64,000 nt of DNA, taken from contig NC_087436.1 of NCBI RefSeq assembly GCF_036321535.1, forward strand, positions 34,102,001-34,166,000, written 5' to 3'. Every line of letters starts with the position of its first letter. The first letter of the stretch is position 1. Source of the DNA: Camelus dromedarius (taxonomy: Eukaryota). Position numbers and translations under genes: made by a program. The notes beneath the pieces were generated by a model that saw only the letters and a program-made list of their open reading frames with translations, was not told where the DNA came from and did no database searches. This document shows, in pieces, positions 26,870-39,274 of this stretch.

Positions 26870-27240
26870 ATTAGCAGAGGACATGGGTACCCGGTCTAGA
26901 TATATCAAGGAAAGTTAGCACATAAAAATACAGGGTTCTAGAGAAGCAGAAGCTAAGACAACCACTGAATGATTGAGCTAATGGCCACAGCACCCTATTT
27001 GCAATTCAGGGTTCAACTCACTGCTGCTGTTATCACAACTGAGACCACACCTGCCCCTCACATCACAATGCTGGGGCCACTAGCTGCATGGCCCCGGGAG
27101 CCACAGAGCCCAGGCTTCTCTGTGACCTGGCTGCCACAAGATGGTTTCTGTCTGACTTTCATCTGCCAAGTTCTTGCACAGTGAATGTAATTTGCATCCA
27201 GAATTTTATCGCTAAGGACATTTGGAAGATGCGCTTGCTG
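26870..27240. mobile_element. Old MaLR LTR (MLT1J/K-like)
   Basis: Ends tttgcatccagaattttatcgctaaggacatttggaagatg, as in degenerate MLT1 termini. Confidence 0.45.
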
Positions 27241-27439
27241 GAAGAAGCAGAGTGGAGAGGAGAAAACACAGTTTCTTACACACTATACAATTTCTTCCTC
27301 TAATACTTTCATCTCCCATTTTTATGTTTACATTTTTCTTCCAAATCTTATTTTTCTCTTTCATTCACTATCCTTTCCTATCAATTCCAAATTGATTTCC
27401 TATCAATATCAAAAAAATTTGCAAAAATAAAACCCCTTG

Positions 27440-28100
27440 ATTTTGTAAAATTGTTTATTTGAAAGGTAGGAGGAGATGCCTGGCATAATCCATCACTTCC
27501 TTTTTCAGTACAAGGAAAAGGAGGAAAATAATTAGTGTTTTCCTCTATAAGGAGGAAAATAGTAATTATTAAAAAGAACTTTAGAGCAGTCACAAATATA
27601 TTTTAAGTTTTAGTGATATTATATAATAACCTAGTGTTGTCTAACTATGCATCATATTCTCAGAGATGTTATTTTCACTCATAACAACAAAATATTTGAT
27701 TGTGTTTTATATTAAGAAACATTGTTAGTAGAACTATCACATCAACATTTGCAGCAGTTATGAATTTTAAATATATTAAATTTTTTACTTATAGATACAT
27801 TTGAAAAATTACTGAATTTTGCTGTGATTCTTAAAAAACTCATTGGTGTTTCTCCTTTCTTGTTTGATATTCATAATTACTATTTAATAAAAAGAATAAC
27901 TTCTTTTTTTGTTCAACATTCTCAATTCTTATTTTATAAAAAGAATCCTTGTGGCAGACTATTTTTCTGACAAATAACTTATACATGCTAAAATGATGGA
28001 AGGCATTATATAATATTTTATTTTTATTTACAACAAAAAATATAAGTTCCACTGGGAAGCAATTATGTTCTAGATGACACTGACTAATAGTATACATTTT
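27440..28100 (-). pseudogene. PKD1-like relic: TM(3)-4-5 region
   Basis: NIFVTALKFFLIITIFLLIEE ~ FLGWEPLKVLLEALYFSLVAK; possible CFPVELIFF ~ YPVYLAILF near 28060. Boundaries approximate. Confidence 0.55.
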
Positions 28101-28129
28101 AATAAAATTACTTGTAACAATGCAGAATC

Positions 28130-29010
28130 ATTGATAATAACTTACAGTAATAAGCATTGTAAACACACTGGCTAAAATATAATATTAAATCTGATAACTT
28201 TTTTGTGGCTATTTTGGCTTTCTAAATATAATTGCATCAATTTTAAATATTAACTTATTTCTTTATCTATACTCTCTTATTTTGTATCTTTTTTGTTCCT
28301 ATTTACTATGCTAGCTGAAACCTGAAGTGTTATGTTGAATAAAATTGGGGGTAGTAGGGACACATATTTCTGACCTTAAAGACAATGCTTTAAATGTTTC
28401 ATCAATTCAGTTGGGTATTATATTTGCTTTAGGTTTTCAGTAATTATCCTTTATAAGTTCAAGAAGTTTCTCTTTTATTTGTAGTTTTCTATTAACTCTT
28501 TATGATGAATAGGTGTTGAAATTTATTCATGCTTTTGTTGAGTCTACTGAAATAAACACATGATTTTTTCCTTCTTTAATATGCTGGTATGGAAAGTTAT
28601 ATTAGTAATCAAAGTACTTGATGAAAAGAACATGGTTTAAGAGAATTTGGTATGGTTTTGGTGTCAGGGTTTTACCAACTTGTTTAACAAATTTGAAAAA
28701 TATATTATTTCTTTGTTTTCTTTCTACTTCTTTCTTAATATTTTGACAGGCTCTTCAAAAGTATTCTTAATATTTTGACAGACCCAGACAGGCTATTTCT
28801 GTTTTGCTTTTGTTTTCCCTCTCATGGAAGAATTTTAAATGAATCATTCAATCAATCCTTTTCTAAGTATAAAACATCAGGAGGTTAACTTCTTGTTTCA
28901 GTTTTTTTAAGAGTGTGTGTCTTATATAAGTTTCCAAATTTAGTGTTATAAATTAATTCATGTATTTTCCCATTAGTTTTAAAACACTTTCATATTAAAC
29001 TATAGGCATT
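28130..29010 (-). mobile_element. Ancient L1 ORF2 fragment
   Basis: tatgttgaataaaattggggg...ctgaccttaaagacaatgctttaaatgtttcatca...ataggtgttgaaattt. Confidence 0.7.
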
Positions 29011-29014
29011 TTTA

Positions 29015-30150
29015 GTTTATTAGTTTTCTTAGCTTAATTTTTTACTAAGTAGAAGCTGAGGTAAAATATTTATTCAGATAGTTTATTTTGGATGTCAGCC
29101 CAAACAGCAGAGATGAAGAAGCAGGGAGACCAATACAGGAATAGCAGAAATATCAATGTAAGTGTAAGTTATCCAAATCAACACGGTGGGTTATAGGGGC
29201 ACATTTCTGCTATGATCTCCCAGAAACCCTGGGAACCATACAGAATGCCTGTGCGAAGTAGCTGCCTAAAGGATGCAAGGTGGGACCACACATCAGCTAT
29301 CCTGTCCTTTAACCAAGGATTGCCTACAGGAGTATTAACTCACCCGCATTTCTCAGTGATTCCTACACAGTCTAACATGTTTCCATTAATGGCCATGACA
29401 TTGCAGGAGACCCAGGCAGAAGATGAAGCCATGTAGCACATTCTTTAAGTGGGCCGGTTTTGGCAAGAAGAGTATCAGTCTACGTACAGAACTATCCACC
29501 ATGGCCATAACTGAAATCTGAGGTGCAGTACACCCTTTGCATCAACCAAGTACATTTATGACCTAAATTAAGTCTTTGCTATTGCTGAGTATTCATGGTA
29601 GTAGCCGGTAATCTTTTCAAAATCCTAATACATGAAGGTTAGTGCAACATGCTTCTATTCCTTTACCTGCAATTATTTACATGACCATAATTGATATTCA
29701 TAATTTCTGTCCTCCAATATGCATTCTAGATACCCCCTTCCTTAGCCAAAACTTACAGTAATCTAAGTTTCATTACTGTGAGATGACCTAGTCTTTCATC
29801 CCAGAGAAGTTTGAGTGCTTGATTGCCTTCCCTTGATCAAACCACAGTTGCTGAAATTGCACATTCATTGTTTTCATTGGGAATCAATGAAACATGATGT
29901 GCTCTGGTTCCTTCTTTATGTAGCAGGAGTCATTGATCCTTAAGGTATCAGAATTGAATATTCCTGCCATTATAGTAAGTTTGTTCCTTGCTTTCTGGTC
30001 CACCAACATGAGGAGTCCAAAGTTATCCGATGATAACCATAGATAACAGATAAGTTGCTTGCATAAAGGTGAGAAGTATCAATCATATTTTCACCTCTTG
30101 ATCTCTGGGTAACAGATATACAGCTGTTGATTTACATAGAATGTTCTAAA
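29015..30150 (-). mobile_element. ERVL-class element (LTR16-like LTR plus internal fragment)
   Basis: LTR-like tagtttattttggatgtcagccc; ERVL-internal-like tgaccataattgatattcataatttctgtcctcca and aggagtccaaagttatccgatgataaccat. Confidence 0.5.
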
Positions 30151-30558
30151 GGATGATGCCCAAATGTACAAAGTTTTTCATTTGCAGCTACTCTTGAAAG
30201 ATGATTTTTCTGTGATACAAATGTCCAGGTGTATACATTTCCACAGAATTCTGGAGTTCTATGTTTTGATGTTACTGGTGAGAAACCTTCCTGCAACATG
30301 CACTTCATTTATTTCAGATGAGATGCCCTGTTTTTTTCCAGGCTGCTCTTCACATCTTTGTTGACATTCTGCAGTTTCAGTTTGATGAGCTTAGGTGTGG
30401 ATTTCTTTTGAATTATTATTCTTCAGATGATTGTGTTGCATTTTCTCTGGGATCAAATTTTTGGTTTTAATTTTGGAAAATTTTTAGCCATTAATTTTGC
30501 AAATATTGTCTGTGTGTCATTCTCTCTCTTCTCTCTTTCTGTAACTCCAACTACAGGT

Positions 30559-31497
30559 ATGCAGGTAAAAGAAAGCTACTTCCTTTACTCAAAACACTTC
30601 TGACACCAAATGCTTGTTTTGATCTGTTTTTCCTACACCAACCAATTCTCCAGTTCTCTGCAGATACCAGCTGGGTGCCCAGCAATTTAATTCAGTTTGG
30701 ACACTCACCACCTGGACTTAGCACAGACCCCACAGGTTAATGTCTCAGTCCCACAAGACCACCTCCCTCTTCAGGTGCCAGTTCCAAGTAAATAGGTCTC
30801 TAGAGAACTTACACTTCTGTCCATCTTGGCTACAAAGTTGGGGCTTCCTACAATCCCCCAGTTTAATAATTTGTTAGAATGGCTCACAAAATTCAGGGAA
30901 ACATTTATTTAAACTTACTGAGTTATTATGAAGAATATTATAAAGGATATAGATGAACAGCCAGATAAAAGAGGTACATAGGGTGAGGTCTGAAAGCATC
31001 CCATGTACAGGGGCTTCTGTCCCCTGGAGTTGAGGTTCACCATCCTTCTAGCATGTGGATGTGTTCTCTAACCAAAAGACTTTCCAAACCCTGTGGTTGA
31101 GAGTTTTTACAGAGGTTTCATCATTAAAGCATGATTGGCTAAATCATTGGCTATTGGTGATTAGCTCAATCTCCATCCCCTCTCCCCTCCCTGGAGGTCA
31201 GGTGTAGGGCTGAGATCACCAACTTTGAACCATATAGTTAGTCTTTCCGGACTAGCCCCCATCTGAAGCTATCTAGGGGTCCCAGCCACCAGAAGTTTCA
31301 TTAGCATACAAAAAGATACTCATCACTGAACAGTTTCAAAGGTCTTAGAAGCTCTTATGTCAGGAACTGGAGACTGAAACCAAATATTGTAACAAATGAT
31401 GATCCTGTCATCCAGGAAATTACAAAGATTTTAGGTGCTCCATGCCAGGAACCAAGGATGAAGACCATATATATAGTTCTTATTAGAGCACATTTCA
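30559..31497. mobile_element. MER21-family LTR (near full length) inside an old L1 fragment
   Basis: acttctgacaccaaatg...gataccagctgggtgcccagcaatttaattcag...ccacaggttaatgtctcagtcccacaagacc...aaatcattggctattggtgattagctcaatctcc. Confidence 0.8.
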
Positions 31498-32177
31498 GTA
31501 GACCTTGTCATTGTATAGTCCATGTCTCAACACCTCTTCTATGTTTTCTGTTTCTTTAGCTTTCTATGCTGAATATTGGGGAATTCTTTCAGCTTTAATA
31601 TCAAGGTTATTGATTCTCTCTTTAACTGTATTATATCATTCATCCTTTATCCCATTTTTTGTAAGATTTTTTTTTTCCCTAGAAGCTCTTTTTGACTAAT
31701 TTTCTATTGCCCCCGATCATTTTGGTTGTCTCTTTACAGTGCTATTGACTTCATATTTTATGTCTTTAAATTGCTTTGTATAGATCTACCTTACATTCTG
31801 TATCTCATAATTCCATTTTCTCCTAAGGATGGTTTAAGTAAGTATCTTCTTTTTCTGTTGACTGTCTCTTATAGTGGCCTATTATTTTTTCTTTTATGTA
31901 TAATATTTTTCTGTTCATATATAATTGAATTAAATTTTAACCATTGAGAACTTAACATGTGACAATCCCAAGGGGCCACAGTTGGGCATGCTTTCCTCAG
32001 GCAAATTTTAGGTTTGTTTCTTCCTAGCATCAAGGAACATTGCATATCTAGAAACATTCAATATTATTTCTTGGTTGGGTTTCCCCAAAAGGAGTGATAT
32101 AGTGGGGGTAATATAAATTAGAATTCCTGGTCTATCTGAGAGCAGACCTATGTTGACAAAATTTGGAACATGATGAT

Positions 32178-32204
32178 AGATGATGATGATGATGATGATG
32201 ATGA
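32178..32204. repeat. (GAT)n microsatellite
   Basis: Read directly. Confidence 0.9.
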
Positions 32205-32630
32205 CAAGTGTTCCACTCAGAAACAGGGCTTCTTTTGGTCTCATTTTGGCAACAGGTAGATATTTTCTTGCTCCCTTTTTACTGGGGGGAGGGGCATTTT
32301 CAATGATCCTAGCTTTATAGTTTATTACTGATCAGCTTCTCTTTCCCTGTCCAACTTCCATATATTTAAGTCCTGTAATCCAAATATGCATGTGACCATT
32401 ACTCTCTGGTAACAGTCAAATATCTTTTATCATTTTTACACTCATCAAATATGTTTGGCTACATCCATGGTCTTAACTGCATATCACTTGTATCATCTCA
32501 GTTCTTTATTTGCCTTGTCTGTTCATATTCATTACACTTTCATAACAAATAAATTATTGCTTTATATTTAAAAAGAAGAAAAAAAGTTTATTCTAAATTG
32601 ACTACTGCATTATTCTATTAAAACAGTATT

Positions 32631-32803
32631 AGGGAGGAGGTATAGCTCAGTGGTAGAGCGCATGCTTAGTATGCAGCAAGGTCTTGGGTTCAATCCTCAA
32701 TCCCTCCATTAAAGAATAAATAAATAAATCTAATTACTTCCCCCTGGCCAAAAAAAATTTTTTTAAGAAAGTAAAAAATAAGAATTGAAAAGATAAATTT
32801 TTC
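32631..32803 (+). mobile_element. tRNA-derived camelid-type SINE (Vic-1-like)
   Basis: gggaggaggtatagctcagtggtagagcgcatgcttag...gtcttgggttcaatcc (A and B boxes), A-rich tail, TSD aaaacagta at 32620-32628 and 32804-32812. Confidence 0.85.
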
Positions 32804-33258
32804 AAAACAGTAGGAAAGATTAACTGTGGTTTCCAAAAGCCAACTGCCTATATAAACAAGACTCTGTATCTTCTGTTACTAAGGAGAGACATTCTTACTA
32901 CATGATTTGGAATAGTACTAACATTCTTTAAAAGTAATCATTTTATTATGAAGTATCTTATTAACAGACTTTACAGTGCAAATCTTTTTGAGAATGGTGC
33001 AAGCAAGTTTTAAATATGTAATTTTTAGAAATTGAATTTGTCTTCAATAAGATTTTTTTCCATTTTGTAAAAATTTGCCTGTTTTCTGTTCTTTTATGAA
33101 TATTCACTTCCATACCTTTAAACAATTAGTGAATGAGTCCAACGTAATTTTATTAAGAGGCGTGATGTATATGAATATAACTTCAACTGGAAAAAATTAC
33201 TGTTATCATCTTAAAATTAGTCTTAAACACTAAAAGGTTTTCATCATAATTTAGTTGT

Positions 33259-33495
33259 ATACAGTTGATTTTTTTTTAACAAAACAGCTTTGAATTGTAG
33301 GGCTCCACTTATACACAGATTTTTTATAATAAACACTGCAGTACTGTATCCACCATTGGTTGAATCCAAAGATGTGAAACCATTGTTACAAAAGAACAAT
33401 ATGTATGGAGGGCCAACTATAAGTTACTTATGTTTTCTAATGCACAGAGGGTCAGCACCTCTCTAACCCTGGCATTGTTTAAGGATCAGTTCTAC
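33259..33495. mobile_element. MER8/Tigger-type DNA transposon derivative
   Basis: Starts tacagttga; internal ggttgaatccaaagatgtgaaacc...ggagggccaactat; ends taaccctggcattgtttaaggatcagttcta. Confidence 0.7.
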
Positions 33496-34045
33496 AATGA
33501 CCCAGGCAGTAGCAAGGTAGTTTTAAGATCAATTTCTTCTACTGTTCTTGATAGTTAGTCCACTCCATTTTTCTGTGAAGAAAATCATTGAAATTATATT
33601 CTTCTATTAATCACTTAGAAACTAGAGAGTGAATTATGATACTTAAGGATTAACTTGTCTCTGTAAAAGTTTTGTTCATTTCACATTCTTAGAAGCAAGT
33701 CTCTTTAAATGTTAGATTTCTATTAACCTCCTTGGGAAAACTTAATAGATTTTTATTATTTCCTTAAAATTAATCTATGAAGCTTGGATTAAAATATGTA
33801 ATGAATTTTCTTTTCTTTCTTTTCTTCTTTTTCCTCCATCTCTTTCTTCCTCTCTTTTTCACTTGATTTTTGAAATCCTCAAAAAAAAAAAAAAAAAGAA
33901 AGAAAAAACTAAAATGTAATTTCTTCTGCAGTATTTTGTGTTGACACTGAAATTTTGGCTAGAAACAATTCTGCTTTAAACATTCAAGAGAGTGTGTCTG
34001 TTTTCAATATGAACTCAAACGTTAGGGAAAACATTTTAGACTTAC

Positions 34046-34143
34046 ACAGCCTTAAACGGTGTTGCCTGCCAGGAACTCCAAGCAGCTGCAAAACTCACTA
34101 ATGAAAACTGGGACTACTCTTAACCGAAATGGCTATCGAATAT
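34046..34143 (-). pseudogene. PKD1-like exon relic: TM2 or TM3
   Basis: PFRLRVVPVFISEFCSCLEFLAGNTV*GC; CLEFLAGNTV*G ~ CLFLGANAVWYG (TM2), or alternatively a TM3 pattern; donor TGT|gtaagt. Confidence 0.6.
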
Positions 34144-34270
34144 CTTTACAAATAGAAAATAGAGGTGAGCATGATTAACAAACTATATAGTGAAATAATG
34201 CATATTTCTATGACTTTCTCTCATTGTTTCCATCTCCACTGACAGAGAGAAAGTGAGTTCATTTTGCTAC

Positions 34271-34546
34271 CTTCAAAATGATGGGTGGCAGAGATTAGTC
34301 ACCTCTCACTTGTGTCACTCACACTCAAGTGTATTCCAGTTTAGAACTGGCAAGAGACTGAAGGAGATTTTCAAGTCAGGATATCCAAAGCTGAGAAAGC
34401 AGTTTTTTTCTTGGGATTACACAGAACTGATCAAAGAGTGGGAAATTACACTACATTGCAGTTCTGTGCATTTGAGGTTAGGAATGAGTTTGAGGTGAAT
34501 CTTTATTTGGTCTCCCACCCATGTATACATAGCTCCACTTCTGAGA
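34271..34546 (-). pseudogene. PKD1-like exon relic: post-PLAT to TM2
   Basis: ttttctag| acceptor in phase with the previous AG; QEKNCFLSFGYPDLKISFS ~ FDKHIWLSIWDRPPRSRFT; candidate donor AAG|gtagca. Confidence 0.65.
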
Positions 34547-34734
34547 CTAGAAAAATGTGTTAACAAAGGACAATAATAATATTTCATCATTTGGAGGAAT
34601 TGTGTCTGTTCATCAGAGTGGAGGCTGCAGGGCCAGGGTCACAGTGAGCATAATAAAAATATAAAGGAGATGATAACCCACGTCTCTCCCAGTTAGTGTC
34701 CTTCCACAACGATCTAGTGGTGCGACTGTCTTAC

Positions 34735-34879
34735 CTAATTAAGGCTAACAAACGATAAATTGGAAACCATGCTCATCTAAGATTCTGGATATCCTTTACA
34801 GTTATTATCTCATAATACTTCAGCACAATATGGTTTAGAAATGCTTGAAAGATAATTTGTGGTTTTCCAATCTCATATA
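34735..34879 (-). pseudogene. PKD1-like exon relic: PLAT C-half
   Basis: Strong splice sites (T-rich tract cag|TA; AG|gtaaga). Single frame YEIGKPQIIF...KYYEIITVKDIQNLR*AWFPIYRLLAL ~ HSLGSVWKIRV...WFLQHVIVRDLQTARSAFFLVNDWLSV. Confidence 0.85.
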
Positions 34880-35104
34880 CTGAAAAAAAAAAAAGAAAGC
34901 CAATTAATATAGGAAACATTTTACAAGCTGGGTAGTATAGCCAAGTTGAGAAGGCAGTTAGGTTATAAGACTTAAGCCAAAATTAAATGCTGTATCTCCA
35001 AGAAATGACTTACATCCAGCAATTTTGTTTAAAAATCCACTTTCCTAATCAGATTTTTTAATTACCACAATGAGATTTCTTCTTGCTGCTACCACTACAT
35101 CATG

Positions 35105-35262
35105 GCCTCTCATGCTTAATGTTCATTTGGATCTCCAGAGGAACTTGTTAAAATGCAAATTGTACTTCAGTGTCCCTGAGTTGGCACCTGAGATTCTGCA
35201 TTTGTGATAAGCTCGCAGATGACTCTCACACTGCCAGCATTTCTGCACTTTGAATAAAAAGA
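35105..35262. mobile_element. MER5 hAT fragment (intronic, between the PLAT exons)
   Basis: gaacttgttaaaatgcaaatt...cctgagattctgcatttgtgataagctc...cactttgaata. Confidence 0.7.
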
Positions 35263-35349
35263 TCTTCAAGTCCTTGAATGATTTCATGAGATTGACAAGG
35301 AAAATATTAGGAAATTAGGTAGCAGAGTTTGTGTTTATTTGCAGGATAA

Positions 35350-35490
35350 AATATGGATTTTTAATTCAAGAAAATCAATTATTTTGAGTTTTCTTAAAAA
35401 CTAATTCATGTTTTTATATCTTCTTCATTGGAGAAAAAACGCCCCCTCAAATCAGATAAAAATATGCAGTTATATTAGTTATCTGTGTGT
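35350..35490 (-). pseudogene. PKD1-like exon relic: PLAT N-half
   Basis: TNITAYFYLI*GG..S..K...VFKK and IDFLELKIH ~ TAHVGIMLYG..S....AFHRNSLDIFRIATPH; no donor recognisable. Confidence 0.55.
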
Positions 35491-35559
35491 CTATGTTTGG
35501 AATAAGCTTTAAGTATTTGTATCTCTATTTTTGAAAGGAAATTCTGTTAGAACATTTAC

Positions 35560-35718
35560 ATAGCTCTGGACCTGAGGGTGTTTCTGGAGAAGGACTGGTT
35601 ATAAGATCTCTTCCTAAAACCAAGAACCCACAAAAGGCATTTCTTTGCTATTAAATGACAATTTTAAAAGTAGGTAATCCCCAATCGTGACAGCCTGAGA
35701 CTTTACTGACATGAAATA
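35560..35718 (-). pseudogene. PKD1-like exon relic: end of TM1 and start of PLAT
   Basis: ctattttcatag|TA, in phase with the previous G. AFCG/MPF ~ IPFCG; donor T|gtaaat (phase 1). Confidence 0.62.
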
Positions 35719-35814
35719 CTATGAAAATAGAAACACAGTATTTTGTTAATTTTGAGCTGCTTATTTAGAATCTCCTTCCATGGAGAAATTATTTATATAC
35801 ATTTTTTTTCTTAC

Positions 35815-36283
35815 CATGGAAACAGTGCCTTTAGCAACTTTTTATATATTTGGTTGCCATTTTGTTAAATAAAAATAAAATTGTGGTTGTAATATTTTCC
35901 TGAATACTGTGGTGCTCCTTCCTTTCCCCCAGGTAGACCAGCCAAAGCAGCGTCAGCCCCTGGGGAGCAGGCTTGCATTTCCTTCCCAGCTCCTGCCAGG
36001 CCATGGCTATGTGCCCTTCTTTGCACAGGAAGTCCTACAACTGGGCACTAAGCAAAGTGTTGTTTCCAAAGTAATTGCACCAAAGTAGCAAGACTTTATA
36101 AATATTTATTGGATTTTTGTTGTTGTTTTTGAAGTTTAAGCCATGGCAAGACTTCTTTGTGTTGCCAGGAGGGAGATAATCAGTTGAATTTTAGACTTTG
36201 TGTGTGTGTGTGGTCATTTAAAAAACTGAGGTATCCACTGGCTAGTTGAACACCCAGGACAGCATACCAAGAGTGGATTTAAA
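35815..36283 (-). pseudogene. PKD1-like exon relic: GPS motif and start of TM1
   Basis: YLPPGNTKKSCHGLNF...LLWCNYFG ~ FISPGSRDPAGSYHLNL...TSLCQYFS; GLT../FGWS ~ HLTAFGAS; TKYI ~ VNYI; donor CATG|gtaaga. Confidence 0.75.
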
Positions 36284-36800
36284 CTAAAGATGTTGCCCCA
36301 TTGTACCAGGGCTGTGGGAAGAGGTGCAATTGATGGGGTGGAAGGTAAAGGGGCTGGGCCTGAGCCTACAGCCCACAGTGAATCTAGAGGACAGAGCAGA
36401 GGAAAACAAGAAACCTGCTGCTACATTCACGTCTGTTTTCCAAGTCTCTGTTTCACTAAAGTTGGATGAAATGTTAATCTTCAGATCAAGTGATACATTT
36501 CAAATGCAAGTACTACACATTAGAATTTTTAAAAGACATGTGCCTGTATATAATATAATTTAAAGTTTGGCAAATACCACGTTATAGCTAAATACCTTAT
36601 CTTTTTGCAATAATTATTTAAAATGAGCTGCTTACTGATAATAGTTTTCTTAATATTCTAAGGGTTATAGTTAATTAACATCCAATGCTAATAATTTAAG
36701 AACAGAGTTTTAAATCTTGGCAATGAAAAATAAAAATTCAAAATTGTTAATATTTATTAATCTTTTTTGAATGTCCTGTATTTAATTATAAGAAACAAAC

Positions 36801-37637
36801 TTCTGAGTAATTAAATTCCTTTATTCTGACTGCTGTAAAATATTCAAGGACTAATTCCGTGAAATTATCCAAAGACTAATCAATCAATGTATCCAGCAAA
36901 TGTCTCTCCAAAATGTTGCATTTTAATGGGAAATATTCATGATTTCATTAATTTATAATAGAGAAATAACTAATCAAAGTTCTTTTTAATAGCTCAGGTA
37001 GTGAGCATAGCAAGTTACTTCTATTAGAATGAAAAAATATTGTGTAAGAAGAAATTTCTAATATAAGTATTAAAAATATAAATGATACTAGAATATGGAA
37101 TTCTGTGTATTTTCCAAAATCATTATTTTATTTTCTTCCTTTTCTATCCTCTCACATTCATTCCTAAAATTCCTTATAGAATTGCTAGCCCTGTCCAGGC
37201 ACAAATATGTCATTCTAGAAGAGAGAAGGGCAGTTGGACATTTCCTTCAGATTGAGTGCAGAAATGTGGTGTCACCAAAGTTCTCCTGTTCGATGGGCTA
37301 GGAAAATGTCTCCCACCATCATTCCCAGGAAGTAGACTGCCATATCAGTGAAAAATTAAACTGTTGATATATAAAAGACTGTCAATATAATTTTTGCTAA
37401 ATCCAATATGGATTCCTTCTATTCGTGCCATAATCTTATATTCAGTTGTTTTTTATTTCCTTACAGATCACCTCCCTATTCTAAGCCTTCTATTCAGTTC
37501 TAATGGCATCTCCAGTTTAACTAAGATTAATCTATCAATAGCTCAGTTCTCATCTTTTCCCATTCTATTTTCATTCTGGATTTCAACATCCACTTTAGTC
37601 AAAATAAGTTATTTATGGAAAAAGAAGAGTTTAATAT
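36801..37637 (-). pseudogene. PKD1-like exon relic: GAIN domain (equivalent of PKD1 exon 23)
   Basis: RIEGIHIGFSKNYIDSLLY ~ AGEEIVAQGKRSDPRSLLC; GNVQLPFSL ~ CHFSIPEAF; NTQNSIF*Y ~ VDSNPFPFGY; AVRIKEFNYSE ~ GLHLQLNYTL; possible donor GAA|gtttgt (the exon may run on to ~36596). Confidence 0.65.
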
Positions 37638-38940
37638 CTAGATATTGGCAAATAAAATAAATGATGTCTTGCATAAATACATTTGGAGGAAATTCAGAAA
37701 CAGCATTGTACCCTTGTAAATTTTATGCTTTGTAAATTATGCCTTCAAAAATATTGCTCTATTTTTCTTGTCTAATTTGAAGAGATGACTCTAATGTTAA
37801 GAATTTCAAGCTAAGTTAAGGAAAAATTCAATTATATAATGGGATAATGGAGAAGGAATTTTGTGGGAATGGCTGGTTTTGATTACCTCAAAATGCAATG
37901 TGATTGTCAATGATATTTTTAGATTGAAGTTTGTTGTAATGACCAAGAAACTCAAATTTCTATTCCAATTAATAACTACATGTTTCTCCTTTTAAAGTCT
38001 TAGAGAAAGACAGACTATCTACCACTGAATTTAAACTTCAAGACATTATGAATTTTATCATTATTTTATATTCATTTATTATTATCTCCAGTGATCAAAA
38101 GTGTTCTTGTATAACTTCAGATTCTTCTCATAAGTTTCTTCCACTTTTATTCTAAATGGCACCAAGTATTCAGGTTCTGACATACTCAGTATCTCAATGG
38201 CCTATTCAGTAATCTCATTTTTTTGTTCCTTATTGTGTTTTTGTCTTTTTTCTGATGTTTTTGAATAATCATCTATTTTCTCCCTGTCATATCACCCTGA
38301 TCTCAAACATGAACATGTATTTTGTATTTCCCAAGCTCTAGTTAAACTACTTTTATTGATGTTACCATATTGTTCCTCTTTTGTTCAAGCCCAAAGTCTC
38401 TCTTTTAATGCTTTTCAGTCACTTTCCTGTCTTTTAGGCTCTTAATCATATTCTTCTTAGTGCACCTTTTGCCTAATATCTGTCTTATTATTCCCTGGAC
38501 ATTAGGTACACAGTTGATTTCTCTTAACTTTTGAAACTCATCTTCCTTCTTCCAGTCATTAACTGTGTGTTTCCAAGGTTACTGCACACCTGCTTTGGAC
38601 AATTTGGTGGATGCAAAGCCATATCAAATATAGTTCCTGTTCTCAGGCTATTACAGTTTAGTTAGGAAAGTGCAAAATCATGTATAAAAATATAAATACT
38701 AATACAAGGCAGCAAATATAGTCTAAATGAATGGGTCAATTCTGTGGTACTAAAATGTTTTTCTTCTTTTTTTGTGTGTGTTAAGGAATTCTTTAGAGGC
38801 ATTTTGCTGGCCTTTTCCAACTTAATCAAATATGTTCACTCTCTACATTTTTCCTATTATTAAATCTTTCCCGGGAGTCTTGTGAAAAAAAGACCTAATT
38901 GAAATACTCAGGTCAGTTCAGCTTGCCAAACAACAATCAC

Positions 38941-39274
38941 CCTGAAACTATGAAAGGGTTAGCATCTTTCCTGGGACCGTGGATCGTCAACACCAAATAT
39001 TGTTTGTGACCAAGGCATCTGTGTGTTTGAGCTGAGGCCATCAAGTCCCCAAAGTGTTATTCCAGCTTCTTGAATGACATAGTAAGAGCTTTCTTAGTGC
39101 TATTTAAAAAATAATTTCCGAAGGTGATCTAGGGTAGGGCACACCCACAATTACTTGAGTTATAAATCTATTGTAGTAGCATATTTTTTGTTCTATAAAA
39201 GGAAAGTTTTAAGATTTTCAATTCTCCCTTAGAAATATTCCCAGGGAGCTTTCTCCTCCAGCGTCATTTTTCTC
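38941..39274 (-). pseudogene. PKD1-like exon relic: GAIN helical region
   Basis: gtttcttcacag|GAG, phase 0. IFLREN ~ AQIRKN; PSEIIF*IALRKLL ~ PSRELVCRSCLKQTL. 3' end approximate. Confidence 0.6.

Noticed and set aside
28732..28781. 18-bp direct repeat ttcttaatattttgacag
   Set aside because: Only two copies within an old L1; ordinary slippage duplication, not an array.
32632..32708. tRNA gene
   Set aside because: A and B boxes are present, but the A-rich tail, TSD and lack of a clean cloverleaf indicate a SINE.
32899..33115. Possible cytoplasmic-loop exon (~50 open codons, minus strand)
   Set aside because: No recognisable similarity and the sequence is AT-rich, so I cannot support it.
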